Source of the DNA: Saccostrea echinata
Taxonomy: Eukaryota
NCBI RefSeq assembly: GCF_033153115.1
Contig: NW_026889761.1
Span: 10,230,001 to 10,294,000 of the forward strand
Reading direction: 5' to 3'
DNA length: 64,000 nucleotides
Positions 1 to 25,300 of the stretch are shown here, piece after piece. Made by a program: the position numbers and the translations under genes. The notes under the pieces were generated by a model. It searched no databases and had not been told where the DNA came from. It worked only from the letters and a program-made list of their open reading frames with translations. Every line of letters begins with the position of its first letter. Position 1 is the first letter of the stretch.

Positions 1-12445
<12,445 letters not shown>

Positions 12446-12983
12446 TCTTCTTAATTATTAAAAAACAAGAGGAAATCGCACTTTTACATTCCCTCTACGA
12501 TTCTGCCGCCATATTTATGTTTAGAAGGTTGCTACGAGAAGTAAGCATGCGCGTAAATATTGTTTCCGGTTATAAGGTTTGACTAAAAAGTGTTGAAATG
12601 CCGAAACATTTGATAATAATAATATAACTCAAAGATAAAAAGACATCAATTTTTAACTTTTGTTTTATAATACTTATTCACGTTTCTTGAACAGAATGCG
12701 CTATGGAAATATTTCCCTTGAAAAAAAGGAGCTTTTATAATAAAATTATATCACCCTATTTTTATTCTTGTTGTATTTTACTATATAGTTTACAGAGATA
12801 TACATGTACATAAATGGAACACTGAATTCAAATCTTATTTGAATTTTGAAGACATTATTCGAAGAAGTTGTCTAGCTTTTCCGGCGTTATTTAGTAGATG
12901 CAAATCCCGAGGTGTTCCGATGTCCGTAAAATGAAAGTAGCCAAAAAAGAAAATTATCGGTAACCGTAAACTTCAAGATTAAA
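12446..12983. promoter_or_regulatory. Probable bidirectional promoter for SPAG17/MECR
   Basis: Divergent ATGs 538 bp apart; CpG-richer than the flanks; YY1-like GCCGCCATATTT (12505), X-box-like GTTGCTACGAGAAG (12528), NRF1-like GCATGCGC (12545), ETS-like TTCCGG. Confidence 0.6.
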
Positions 12984-14102
12984 ATGTTACTTAGAATACT
13001 TGTGCCTATATTAAACCCCCTCAAAAATGGAGGGATTCGGCGGACAGCACATGTGTTTACACGTTCTGCATCGAGTCTGTCATCGCAGGCAATAATGTAC
13101 TCTAAACAAGGTGATCCTAACTCGGTGCTATATCTGGAAAACAGTCAGATATTGCCAGCCCTGAAAGACAATGAAGTGCTGGTGAAAATGAAAATGGCAC
13201 CAATCAATCCTTCTGATATTAACATGATCGAAGGGACCTACCATATGCTACCAGAACTTCCAGCTGTCTGCGGGAACGAGGGGGTCGGTGAGGTTTTGGA
13301 GGTAGGGAAAGGTGTGTCTAGCTTCTGTCCTGGAGACTGGGTAATCCCTGCAGGTACTGGTTTTGGAACCTGGAGGACTTTCGCAGTGTCCACTCAAGAT
13401 ATGCTAAGAAAGGTTCCAAATGATGTACCTGCAATCAGTGCTGCCACAATTATGGTCAATCCTTGTACAGCTTACCGAATGCTAAAGGACTTTGTCTGTT
13501 TACATGAAGGTGACATTGTGATTCAGAACGGTGCAAATAGTGCTGTTGGTCAATCAGTTATTCAGATAGCAAAGGAGTGGGGATACAAAACTATCAATGT
13601 TGTAAGAAACAGACCAGACTTTGATCAACTTGCAGAGTACCTTAAAGGTTTAGGAGCCACCCATGTGGTTACAGAGGAGTTTTCTCGATCTCATCAAATG
13701 AGAGACTTGATCAAATCAATGCCATGTCCCCCAAAATTAGCATTCAACACAGTAGGTGGTGATAGTGCAACAAATCTTCTCAAACATTTGGACAGCAAAG
13801 GTGTAATGGTGACATATGGAGGAATGTCCAAAAAACCAGTGGTGGTATCTACAGGAGCCCTTATTTTTAAGAGGGTGAGGCTAACTGGCTACTGGAATGC
13901 TAAATGGGTGCAAGAGAACAAGGAAAACCCAGAACTTGTGAGGATGTTTGATGATCTGTTTGACTTAGTCAGAGAACGCAAGCTTTTGCCACCATCCTCA
14001 GAAACATTTTCTCTGTCTGATTTCAAGCTAGCAGTCAAATCCTCCCTGGAGGGCTATAAAGGAAGCAAGAAAATTTTCCTCATGGATGATTCTTCCTCCT
14101 GA
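12984..14102 (+). CDS. MECR: Mitochondrial enoyl-[acyl-carrier-protein] reductase (trans-2-enoyl-CoA reductase), intronless CDS, 372 aa
   Basis: Intact ORF; Arg/Ser-rich N-terminal presequence; MDR-family motifs APINPSDINMIEGTY, GNEGVGEV, FGTWRT, VNPCTAYRML, IQNGANSAVGQSVIQIA, MVTYGGM. Confidence 0.96.
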   Translation: MLLRILVPILNPLKNGGIRRTAHVFTRSASSLSSQAIMYSKQGDPNSVLYLENSQILPALKDNEVLVKMKMAPINPSDINMIEGTYHMLPELPAVCGNEGVGEVLEVGKGVSSFCPGDWVIPAGTGFGTWRTFAVSTQDMLRKVPNDVPAISAATIMVNPCTAYRMLKDFVCLHEGDIVIQNGANSAVGQSVIQIAKEWGYKTINVVRNRPDFDQLAEYLKGLGATHVVTEEFSRSHQMRDLIKSMPCPPKLAFNTVGGDSATNLLKHLDSKGVMVTYGGMSKKPVVVSTGALIFKRVRLTGYWNAKWVQENKENPELVRMFDDLFDLVRERKLLPPSSETFSLSDFKLAVKSSLEGYKGSKKIFLMDDSSS

Positions 14103-14520
14103 TATTATTTTGTTAAAAAAATAGTAAATGGGTATATATTAGTAAAACATCTCATGTGTCAAGTATTAAAGCACTTTAATTTAGGAATATACTGGAATAA
14201 AAATTACTCCGATAGATGACTTGATGTTGCTTATTACATGTAGAAAAAGTCAAAATTAAAAAATCAGTTGTCAAATAAAAATCAATGTCAAATTACTGGT
14301 AACGTTGATAGTGTTATAAACTCTGCAAATATTAGCATATTAATTTTACACTACTATAGATAGTGATACTGTACTTTCAGTTAAGGAGGCCTTATATTAT
14401 TGTAATCAAAGCACCTGTGTTTAGGGGATTAAAAGACGCATGATTATTTGATTTTCTTGGTAACAATGCCCCCATTCTAGGAGTAGGTCCATTGTCTTAC
14501 CAAAACATCTTTACGCTTTA

Positions 14521-14657
14521 AAGCAAATTGACCAGTTTAAGTAAAGCAAATTGATCAGTTTAAGTAAAGTAAATTGAAAAGTTAAGTAAAGCAAATTGAT
14601 CAATTTAAGTAAAGCACATTGATCAGTTTAAGTGAAGTAAATTGATTAGTTTAAGGT
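14521..14657. repeat. 23-bp minisatellite, 6 copies, downstream of MECR
   Basis: Unit aagcaaattgatcagtttaagta. Confidence 0.85.
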
Positions 14658-14849
14658 AAATCCAGAGCTTGACAAACTTCTTTACAATTCTAGTGTTTTA
14701 AAATTGATGACAGAATTTAATGAGGCTTATAATGGACCAAATATATAGAGTATCTATTTGTCAATGACCTTCAAGTCTTTGTACTTGCTACATATATATG
14801 CTAGATTTATGAGCAAGGTGCTTGTTCATTTTGTAATCATAACATCAAA

Positions 14850-17395
14850 TACAGAAAATGTAAGTCAAATCCAGCATCTGAAGCAAGTTTAAGAGTGTCC
14901 GTCCCTTAATGCATCATCCATGCAAGTTTGGTTCAGATAAGCCTTATAGTTTCTTGGTAATGGACCTGCTCCAAAAACTTCAACCTGGTCACTCCTCCAG
15001 AAAATGTAGGTCTGATCAAGCATCTTAAGGATACACCAAAGGTTTTCAAATGCCAGGATTTGCATGTAATTCTTTCCTTATCAAAGATAACATGATAAAA
15101 GTATATATCATTTGAAAGCTTGTTAAATTTACTATTTAATTATCCTAATTTAAACTTGAATTAATAACTTATTTAAAAATTATTTGAATATTTTTGTAAA
15201 TTTTAGTGCATAAATATTTTATAAATCAACTTTTTTGTATTTAACCCCTCAAAGTGGTCATTTTGCCTCAAGGTAGATTAAAGATTGAACTTAAGAACTA
15301 TATCTCAGATTTTTGATAAATCTTCTAATTCAAAAGTTACAGCCATTTGCCCTTCAATATTACCAATTTATTAGCCTAATTTAACATTTCCCTCAATAAT
15401 TCCAAAACTAAGCTAGATATCAAAAATCTGAGATACATTTTTGTGAACACACATTTGAGGAGCAACGGATCCAATTTTCAGAGAAATTGGTCCATAAATA
15501 AGGGAGCTGAATCCTTTGAAATAATACCACAAACTGTCTGATCTTACTTTACAGTAGAGGGCAAAAACCCATTACACAACAAAATCTGCCAAAGCTAGGA
15601 ATATATGACACCTTGGAGATTCAGCTTTGGATACCTGTCACTTAGCCATATTTCCCATGCATATTCACAAGAATGGGAGGTTCTTTTCTGTATTTAGATA
15701 CTTTTAATTAAGTAAAATACGTTCAATTCTGAATCAGAAAGATTTCCCGGCAAATAGCAAGAGCTAAGCTCCACCTCCTATTTTATGGTCATCAGTGATC
15801 TGTTAGATCTCCTTCTCTAAATCTAGAGTCCCTGTAGTTTAATTACTGATGGCTAGTGAAGAATTTCCCAAGTGGCCACAGTGATTTATTGCATCTTTCA
15901 TGAGCAGGCAGTCACAAATCAAATCAGAAGCTTCAATAACGGAACATTTACATGTGGTAGTGTTTATGTTTCATTATTGTTAAATAATTAGAAAACCATT
16001 TCATAATTACCCAGAATTCTGCATGCATTATAAAGCAGTGATTAACTTCTTTTTCCTAGCCAAAAATCTTAAAATTGTTGAAAATCTTGAAAAAAGCCTT
16101 TGGTGTATCCTTACGCAAGTCCAGTAGTGTGCATCCTTAGATGTAACATCCATGCAAATTTGGTCAATATATGGCTTTATAGTTACTTGGAAATGAAATC
16201 TGTTCAAGAAACTTAAACTTGGTCACTCATCTGGAAAATGTAGGTCAGATACAGAATCCAAAGCATCCATCCCTAGATGCATCATCCATGCAAGTTTGGT
16301 CGAGGTAAGGCTTATAGTAACCTGAGAATGGACCTGCTCCAAAAACTTTAACCTGGCCACTCATCTGGAAAATATAGGTCAGATCCAGCATCCAAAGCAA
16401 GTCTGGTAGTGTCCATCCTTAGATGCATCATCCATGCAAGTTTGGTCAAGGTAGGGCTTATAGTTACCTGGGAATGGACCTACTCCAAAAATCATTAATC
16501 TGGTCACTCATCTGGAAAATCTAGGTCAGATCCAGCATCCGAAGCAAGTGTGGTAGTGTCCATCCCTAGATGTATCATCCATGCAAGTTTGGTCCATATA
16601 GGGCTTATAGTTACTTGGGAATGGACTTGCTCCAAAAATTTCAACCGTGAAGCCAACGCTAACGTCGATGCCAATGCTAATACTAATGCCAACGCTGGGG
16701 GTATAGCATAAGCTCATCTCAACTTCGTTGAGGTGAGCTAAAAATCAATCTCTTCATATTCCACATGTAACTACATGTGTATATACCTAGTATGTTTTAT
16801 TACTATTTTATCTTATAACAACACTGTTACAATAAAATACACCTTTATTGACAATAAACATGTGAAAGTGACATTATCAAATACTCTCATAATTGCACAA
16901 AATGCAAATTTAGTCAATATAGGGCTTAATTATTATAGTTACTTGGAAACTTAAATCTGGTCACTCATCCAGAAAATATAGGTCAGATCCAGAAATAAAT
17001 GTGGTAGTGTCCATCCTTAGATGCACCATCCATGCAAGTTTGGTTTAGGTAGGGCTTATAGTTAGGTACCTGCTCAAAAATCTTTAATCTGGTCACTCAT
17101 ATGGAAAAAGTCAGATCCAGCATCCAAAGCAAGTGTGGTAGTGTCCATTAGATGCATCATCCATGCAAATTTGGTTCAGGTAGGGCTTATATAGTTACTT
17201 GGGAATGGACCTGCTCCAAAATCTTCAACCTGGTCAAGATGTATCATCCATGCAAGTTTGGTCCATGTAGGGATTATATTTACTTGGGAATGGACTTGCT
17301 CCAAAAACTTTAACAGGGATGCCGACACTAATACTAACGCCAATGCTGGGGGTATATAACATAAGCTTATCTTGACTTGTGGAGATGAGTTAAAA
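14850..17395 (-). mobile_element. Helentron-associated (HINE/pearl-like) non-autonomous elements with ~140-bp internal tandem repeats; two copies
   Basis: Repeated core ggtcactcatctggaaaat..ggtcagatccagcatcc..catcatccatgcaagtttgg..atagttac; GCCAAC-like microsatellite; terminal hairpin agctcatctcaacttcgttgaggtgagctaaaaa at ~16710-16744 and a degenerate one at ~17364-17396. Confidence 0.7.
15029..16110. mobile_element. Kolobok-like non-autonomous DNA transposon nested in the HINE repeat array
   Basis: Perfect 14-bp TIR ggatacaccaaagg...cctttggtgtatcc; left flank TTAA, right flank TTAC; RR..YY termini. Confidence 0.7.
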
Positions 17396-19368
17396 ATCAA
17401 TCTGCTTCATTTTCTACATGTACATTGTAACTACATGTGTATACCTAGTATGTTCTAGTTACTAGCTATTTTATCTTACAACAACACTGTTACAATAAAA
17501 TACACCTTTATTGACAATAAACATGTGAAAGTGACATTATCAAATACTCTCATAATTGCACAAAATGCTTTTGACACAACTCTGTCACAATCACCTTAAT
17601 ATGGAGATTCGTAGCATAACAGAGAGGAACGATAACTCTTCAAATATTTCAACACAAATAAAAACATGTAAACAATGGACGGCTTCATCATTTGTATAAT
17701 TCACATAAAATTTTACATAATCTGCAAGTATTATACTCACAAATTTTTCATTGTACTTTATGCTACAACATGCTAGTTTAATAAATCTTACTTGTATATT
17801 TACATATACTCTGTTGTAGAAAGGAAGAAAAATAAGACAAACAAACAAAAAAACAGAGGTGATAAAAAGTCATTCCTGATTACCTGGTAATACACTAGTA
17901 AGTTTCCTAAAAGATGTTAATTCCAAACTAAATTAGTAAATTGTGCAATATATTTGTAAAATATTTTGTAATATCTACTTGTAATATAAGATTTTGCTAC
18001 ATTGTCCTAACCTTAAGTTCACTGAACTGAGTTTTTCTGTAAATCATTACAATTTTAATTTATAACAGTGGATTGAGTTTATGTTAATTGTTAACTGTTC
18101 ACTCATAAAATTTTGCTTTAATGCTAACAATTTTTCAAAAGCTTATTTATGATTTAAATGCAAACATATTCAGCATATCTGGTAGTGCAAAATTTGAAAG
18201 AGATTGGTCATTCAAATTGACAATTTTATAAAGGAGTAATGGACATTTATCCCACTGAGAGTTATTTCTCTCTTTTCAGAAGAACAGTGGACCTTAAAAA
18301 TGAAATCCATACAAATCTACTATTCTGAGATAACTCCTTGTTGAAGTCAAGATGAAATTTTTTTTAAGGGAATAGTAACATCAGTTTTAGAGTTATCTTT
18401 CTTTGCAAAGGGCACACCTCCTTAAGGATTCCATACAATACTAGTATCACAGTTATATACATAGCAATGTCCAACTTTTCAAGCAGTAATTTTCTGGTTA
18501 CTAAGACATTTAAAACCCTCCAATTCACTTTGAGACACTCCTCACCAACAGTCAAGTAACAAACAACTGGTTTAACTTTCACTCTTCCATATTAAATAAC
18601 AAATCACATTTCTGTTACCTAGTTTAAAGTGTATACTTATCTTTTTAATTAAGCTTGGCATAAATTATGAATGAACCTTCATAAATAGATAATTACCAAA
18701 ATAGTAAAAAATCTTTTGATTTAATAACATGAATCTCTTATAAAACATCCAGAATAACAGAGGAATGTTAAGTGTGTTGCATGTAAATTAATACATGTAC
18801 TGGTAGTTTTGCAGAGAACAAAATCATGTTGACAGACAGAGTATCCCTAAGAGCTGATTAATTAATATGATTATGTTGGCTTATTCCTATTTTGGCTTTT
18901 AATCTTATTGTATGACCTTGTTCTCTTACACTGTCACTAAAATTGAAGTCTTCTCAGATCTACCTTATACCAAGGTCAGATAAGGACAGACTGATATATG
19001 CCATATTCCTCTAGGTAAGAAATTAACTATGATGCAGAGAAATCAAATGTTACAGTGATGTCATGTTTAGTTTAAAACATTAAACATAATTCTAAATGCT
19101 TTTCAATTTGAACAGTAAAAGAAATGTTCAAAGAAACTGTATCCAAAAATAAAAAAAAAAATAACCTTGTGGGGTATGTGAGTGATTTCAAACAAATCAA
19201 AAATCATCATCAAGTGGGCAAAAAGCAGAAATTTCTTTCAAAAAATTATAACTCTTAATTGCAACAAACATAAATGTAACTGAGACAAAAATATTGCAGC
19301 TTCCGTCACAGATTTCAAAGAAGTCTGGTCCAGCAGGCTACTTTCCCATAATGCACTATTTCTACTCA

Positions 19369-22300
19369 TCATGCACTGTCCATCAGGTTCAAAAGGTCAT
19401 CTTCATCCTCATTCTGGTTGCCCTGAATTGACAGTTCACCTGCTATCCTGCTCAGCTCATCATTCTTATTTTTCTGTTGGGAAAATTTTTGTCATTTTTG
19501 AATAATTCAGATTTCATCCTTGTATAAAATACAATGAAGAACAGAAACAGAAATTTAGAGGTCAGATGAGGACTGACAAACATACCATTAAAGGTTCTTT
19601 GCCATATAACCAATAAAATATATATGTATTGAGTCAGATAAATGTACCATGCATGTACATACAGTCAAACCCCGTTATCTCGAACTCGATGGGACCGAGA
19701 AAAAACTTCAAAATATCCGAGGCTTCGAGATAACAAAGGTAAAATACTTAAGAAGTGGTAAAGGCTTCCAAGTCACTTCGACATATCCATGGTATTCAAG
19801 ATATCCTTGTTCGAGATACCGAAGTTCCACTGTATAAATTTATTATTTACTGGTATTTATATGTATAAACACACTATGTATTATCAATAATCATTGAGAA
19901 AAGATTGACTGAAAAAAAAGAATTGAATTGTGCATGATTTCAATTGAAATATTCTGACAAATGTGAACAGATTTTTGAAGAAAAAGTATTCATTCATTAT
20001 GAGTCATACTCATAAAAAGAGTGACTTCTATAAAAACAAGCACATTTTAAGTTTGCTTTTGTGAGGTACATGCACTGTGAAATATCTTCTCTTGAAGCAC
20101 TTACTGGCTAGAGACAGAGAGGAGAAGAAAAAAAAACACACATAATACATTTAATTTGATTTGACTTTTAATGTCCCTATTAAATTCCATCTGTGCTGAC
20201 CAATTAAGTATATTCATTCAGTGAAGGGAGAATAAAATAAAAACACAAATATATAACTTACATGGCCCTGGTCAGCCTAACAGATGCATAGACATAATTA
20301 ATGTACTTTCTGTTCCTTAATTAGAAATAAACTACATAAATTTAGCTGTTTCATTCTGCCTGTGAGCATGTTATATGTCTTCTTTTTTTTTTTTTTTTAG
20401 CTAAATAGGATTTACCAAATGTACTGTGAGTGAGCTCACAAAACAAAACTCTCCACTGAAAATTCTTTTAAATTGTTGCATCCCTTTCGAATTCTCTTTT
20501 ACAAAGTTATGGATCAGATACAAATTTTACACTTTTTTTTTTGTCAAAGTCCATGAACTCGAACAAAATGACCTTGTGTCAAGGCCATATGATACATCCA
20601 CAGAACATTAGCAGTATATATTTCTTGTATAAACTTCCAATTATTTTCCATAAGAAAGTTACAGACCTTACATGAATCATATACTTTTTCCATTAATGAC
20701 CTTGCCCTTACCACAATGACCCTAGGTCAAGTCATGACTAATCCTTGGGTGGCAAAAATGATCCAATTACATGTATGTCCACAATGCATTGTCGAACACA
20801 AAAATACATGGGTACTTAACATGCTTAAGTGTACAGAAGTGTACAGAATTTAGTACCTATCAATGAACTTTAAACACAAAATATCTGAAAATATTTGAGC
20901 ACCTTTTCTTTATAACACATATAATCTAACCATATTTTTAGATTATGCAGAGATAATTTAAATTAAAGTCTTAAAATCAAATATAAGTGTGTTACAGTAC
21001 AAGTTAACACTATTTACAGTATATTTACATGTACCTTGAGATCAATGTTGACAACTTTTGACTGAGCATGGTCAACTGGTTGAATGCTTGCTACAGAAGC
21101 TTGCCTGAAATGAATATATAAATGTACATTTCAAGAATACCTGTAGACAAATTAAAAAAGAAAACTGCAGGTTCATGTAAACAAATAAATATACATGTAC
21201 ACAGGCATTAACTTTATTATTTTTTTTTCACCTTTGAATAATTTGTGAGTTTTGTGGACTGTAGAGTTACTTCCCTTATATACTAAGTACATCAGTACTT
21301 ACTCTTCCTCTTCATCTGTTTTGAACAGATTGAGTCGGATTTCTGATTTGGCAGCAGAGCTTCCAATTAGCTGACAGAGAAGATCTAACTGAGCTTTGGC
21401 CATTGGATCTGGGGTCGCTGATTCCTAACAAGAGGAAACAAAACATAGTTCATAGTAGGCCAACAAAATCAAGAAAAAAAACTATAACTTATTGCTTCCC
21501 TTCCCCATCCCATATATAAAAGAACGATTCCTTATACATTTAAGCTACTGATAAAATACAGTCAAACCTCGTTATCTCGAACTCGATAGGACCAAGAAAA
21601 AACTTCGAGATATCCGAGGATTCGAGATATCAGGGTAAAATACTTAGAGAATAGAGAGGTTAAGCAGATGACCGTGTACGTCTACGTGTACGTGTAGCTA
21701 GGGAAATCCCCTAATTTACTGCGATTTACGTCATCAGTTTTGCATAGCGCGTAATTCTACAAGTTGTACACAACGTGTAGATTCATATGTACACGTATGA
21801 AAGAACGTGTAGCTTCTTAAACCCAAATTATAGAATATATATTTTTCAGGCGGTCTTTGTTGTGATGTTGAGAGTTTATTACGTACATCTATGAATCTTT
21901 TTTAATCAAAGTCATAGAATTATTTGATACAAATGGATTGTAAAGTGACTTGTTGAAATGACGTTTTACACGTACCGCTACATGTACAGTTTGTTAAAAA
22001 GAACACGATGTTAGTTACGTGTACTTGTAAAATCACTTCTAGGTTTACACGTACACGTAGACGCACACGGTCAAATGCTTAACCTCTCTAATAACTAGTT
22101 GGGACTTAAATATCACTTCGACATATCCATGGTAATCGAGATATCCATGTTCGAGATACCGAAGTTCAACTGTATTGATAATGTTAGATAATTTAGAGAT
22201 ATTTAGTATCAGGTAGGACATTATTGTACAATACTTACAATATCAGATACAGTAGGTGTTGATTTAGATGTGCGATTGGATCCACTAATTTCTACTGGCC

Positions 22301-25300
22301 TTGACACAGAATACCTGTCAAATGTCAATGTTTAATTAAAAATAATCCCACTTGTGTTTCTGGAATGGAGAAGTAATACATGTAATTTGAAATTATTTTC
22401 TGAAAAGACACACAGATGCCACAAAACACTTTGATTATAAAAGCCCAATTGTGCCTCTGGCTTCAGATAGCTAAATCATCTCAAAATTACACTGACAGAT
22501 AGCTTTAGTTTGTATAGATATATTCTATGTAAGTCAAAACACTGAGAAGTCCAGCAAAAGAGGCAAAATAAGATTTTAATAGAAAATGAACATCTAAAAT
22601 TAATACATGCTAATATATATTACATGTATATACAAATGTAAATATACTGAAACCCAAAAGAAACGCAACAAGCAGTAATCTACAAATATTTGAATTTTTT
22701 ATCTAATGATTTTCAAAAATGAATACAGTAAGGTAAAACTCAATTTATAAACATCAGAGATTTTATAAAAATGTTAAATTATAATCTTTTAACTTTAGAA
22801 AGTAACACATGAATGTTAAAACACTCCCCACCCCGGTCATCCAATTACAGCTTGCAAGACTGCTGCGTACAACAGTTGCAGCTTGATTTCTACGATGCAG
22901 TAGGTTCATCAATCTCAAGATCTGAGCGAAAGAAATATTCTTTGCCATTTTTAAATGCCTGTTTTTCAGATGATGAGGTCGAATTTTCTCTAGCCAAGCA
23001 CCATGTAGTAACCCTTGGACTTCCGGTCCAAGGACTGTCATTCATGCTAATGATACGTAAGAGCCTGTTGAGGCGTGAGGTGTTGCATATTTGCATCTGC
23101 AACTCTCCATCACCTTTATTTTGAGATTTTCCAGCTAGAGCAATGGAAATACGTACTTAAGTCATTTTTAGGAAGCCTTGGCATTGCATATGGAAAAGAA
23201 AGGAGAATTTATTTTTCGTAACATTGCTTCATTACTTATGATGAAAAGATACAAATTCTTAAAACCCCATATTATTGCCAAATATTTTGTTAACTTGCAA
23301 TTTTTGATTTCTGTTAAGTGGACTCAAACTTAACTTCCGGTGATGGTATGAAAAGCATTCAACCGTTAAATTATCGATATTTACATAGTTGAAGATGTCC
23401 TTACATTTTAGATACAAAATTATATCCTATATATAATATTTCCCCCTAAAATAGGATGTTGCGTTTCTTTTGCGTTTCAGTATATATATTGAATATGAGA
23501 TAAAGATGCAATATATGCAACAGAAATACAATTCGATTTTATACCAATTAATACCTATTTGTAAATCCCTTATGACCCAGATGCATGGTTTTAATACAAT
23601 CATTTAAATGTGCATTTGTCATTTTCATATCAGTTACCCACTAAAGCAACACAGAAAACAGATTTTTTAAAATATAATTTGAGAATTAATTTAGAAATTC
23701 TACCATTAATATAAAGCTTTAGCAGTAGCTCATCCAAATAAAACACAAACAAAAACTCACTGTTGGCCATAGGCATGTATGTACCTATAAAATTAGTGTG
23801 AACTTTTAAAAACTGTAGTCTTTATTTATTTGAAAGTCATTTAACATTTTAACTTTAAGAACACTGTGTAAAATTATCACTTGCACAAAAAAAAAAAAAA
23901 AATAATGACTCTGTCTTGGTTATATCATTGTCCTATGTTACATGCACAGGTACCAATATATGCATTTTAATGAATATATTTTTTCAATCCTCACCATTTG
24001 AAATAAATGATTCTGTATAGACATAATTATTTTAGCAGGAATAACAGGGTTGTCCATAAGAATTATAATAGCAGGGGACATTAAAAAAGTAGGAAGGGGT
24101 CTATGGTTCCTTCCTTGACAGAGGGATGAGGAGGAATACCAGGATAGTGGGGGGAAATTCCCTGGCCCCAGGGTCTTAGGGACAACCCTGAATAATTATA
24201 TATTTTAGCACCTTTCATGCTGCTTCTTGTCCACTAAATTTATGTACATGCTAACATGTGATTTAAACTAATACAACTCTGTGGCGCTAATTTATGATTG
24301 CATTAATCAATTGAAGAGGATGCTTGCACTAAATTTTAATTATGTACAATTTCAAAACTTCACCATAATATGTCTCTCAAAAAAAAACCTAAACTGGGGA
24401 AAAAAAGTTGACTGCTTTTTTAATTAGTAGATGATCAAATCATGTTAAATGCAATGTGTATAGTAACCAACTATGGAATCAGTGTTCCTGTACATGTGTA
24501 TTACGGTAAGCATGAAACATGTGCAGGGCTCTAATTGGCGACTAATTTAGTCGCCATGGTGCCTAAAAATTTTGATTGGCGACTAAAATTTCTCTATAAG
24601 TCAACAAATTGGCGACCATTTTGTATTGCCTTGGCGATCATCAAATTCCAAAATATAAACATTTTTAACACTTTTTTTCTAAAGAGGTGAAAAGAAGTTT
24701 AAAAGTTAGCAATGAGCATAGCTTGTGTTTTCTTTGTCACCTTGTTTATCAGCTTTTAAAGTTGGCGCCTGAGAAAAATTTGCCTGGCGACTAAAAAATT
24801 TTGTTGGCAACTAAATTTTTTTGATTAGGAGCCAGCTGGCGCCTAAATTTTAGAGGTCACTTAGAGGCCTGACATGTGGCTTTTTAGCCTTATCTAATTC
24901 TTATACTAAGCAGTCTGTGATTCTAATTTTAACCATGCATGTAGATGTTTTTATTTATTTATTTATTTTTTTAATTTTTTTGCTTGTATCTTATAAATTA
25001 CAGATTCCATTCAACTGACTGCCTTGAATGGTAGATTTGTAACATTCCTAATAGAGTTTTCTAACCCCCCCCCCCCCCCCCCCCAATTTCTCATGTCTTA
25101 CATATTGGTTCCTAGGGTAGTGATTCTGTTCCCCATGATATCCAAGGACCCATCTCCCTGAGACGGCTGATAGCTTCCCCCTGGCGGAAATGAAGAGGTT
25201 TTAACCTCAGCACCACTGGCATTGAATAACCTGTGCAGAAAAAGGAAAACATACAGGTATTTATTAAATTTTCATCAGAGAAATACTGTCATTTATCCAT

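Noticed and set aside
16504-17400. Short ORFs (MALVLALASTLALAS..., MIFNSSPQ...)
   Set aside because: They derive from the HINE microsatellite and repeat core.
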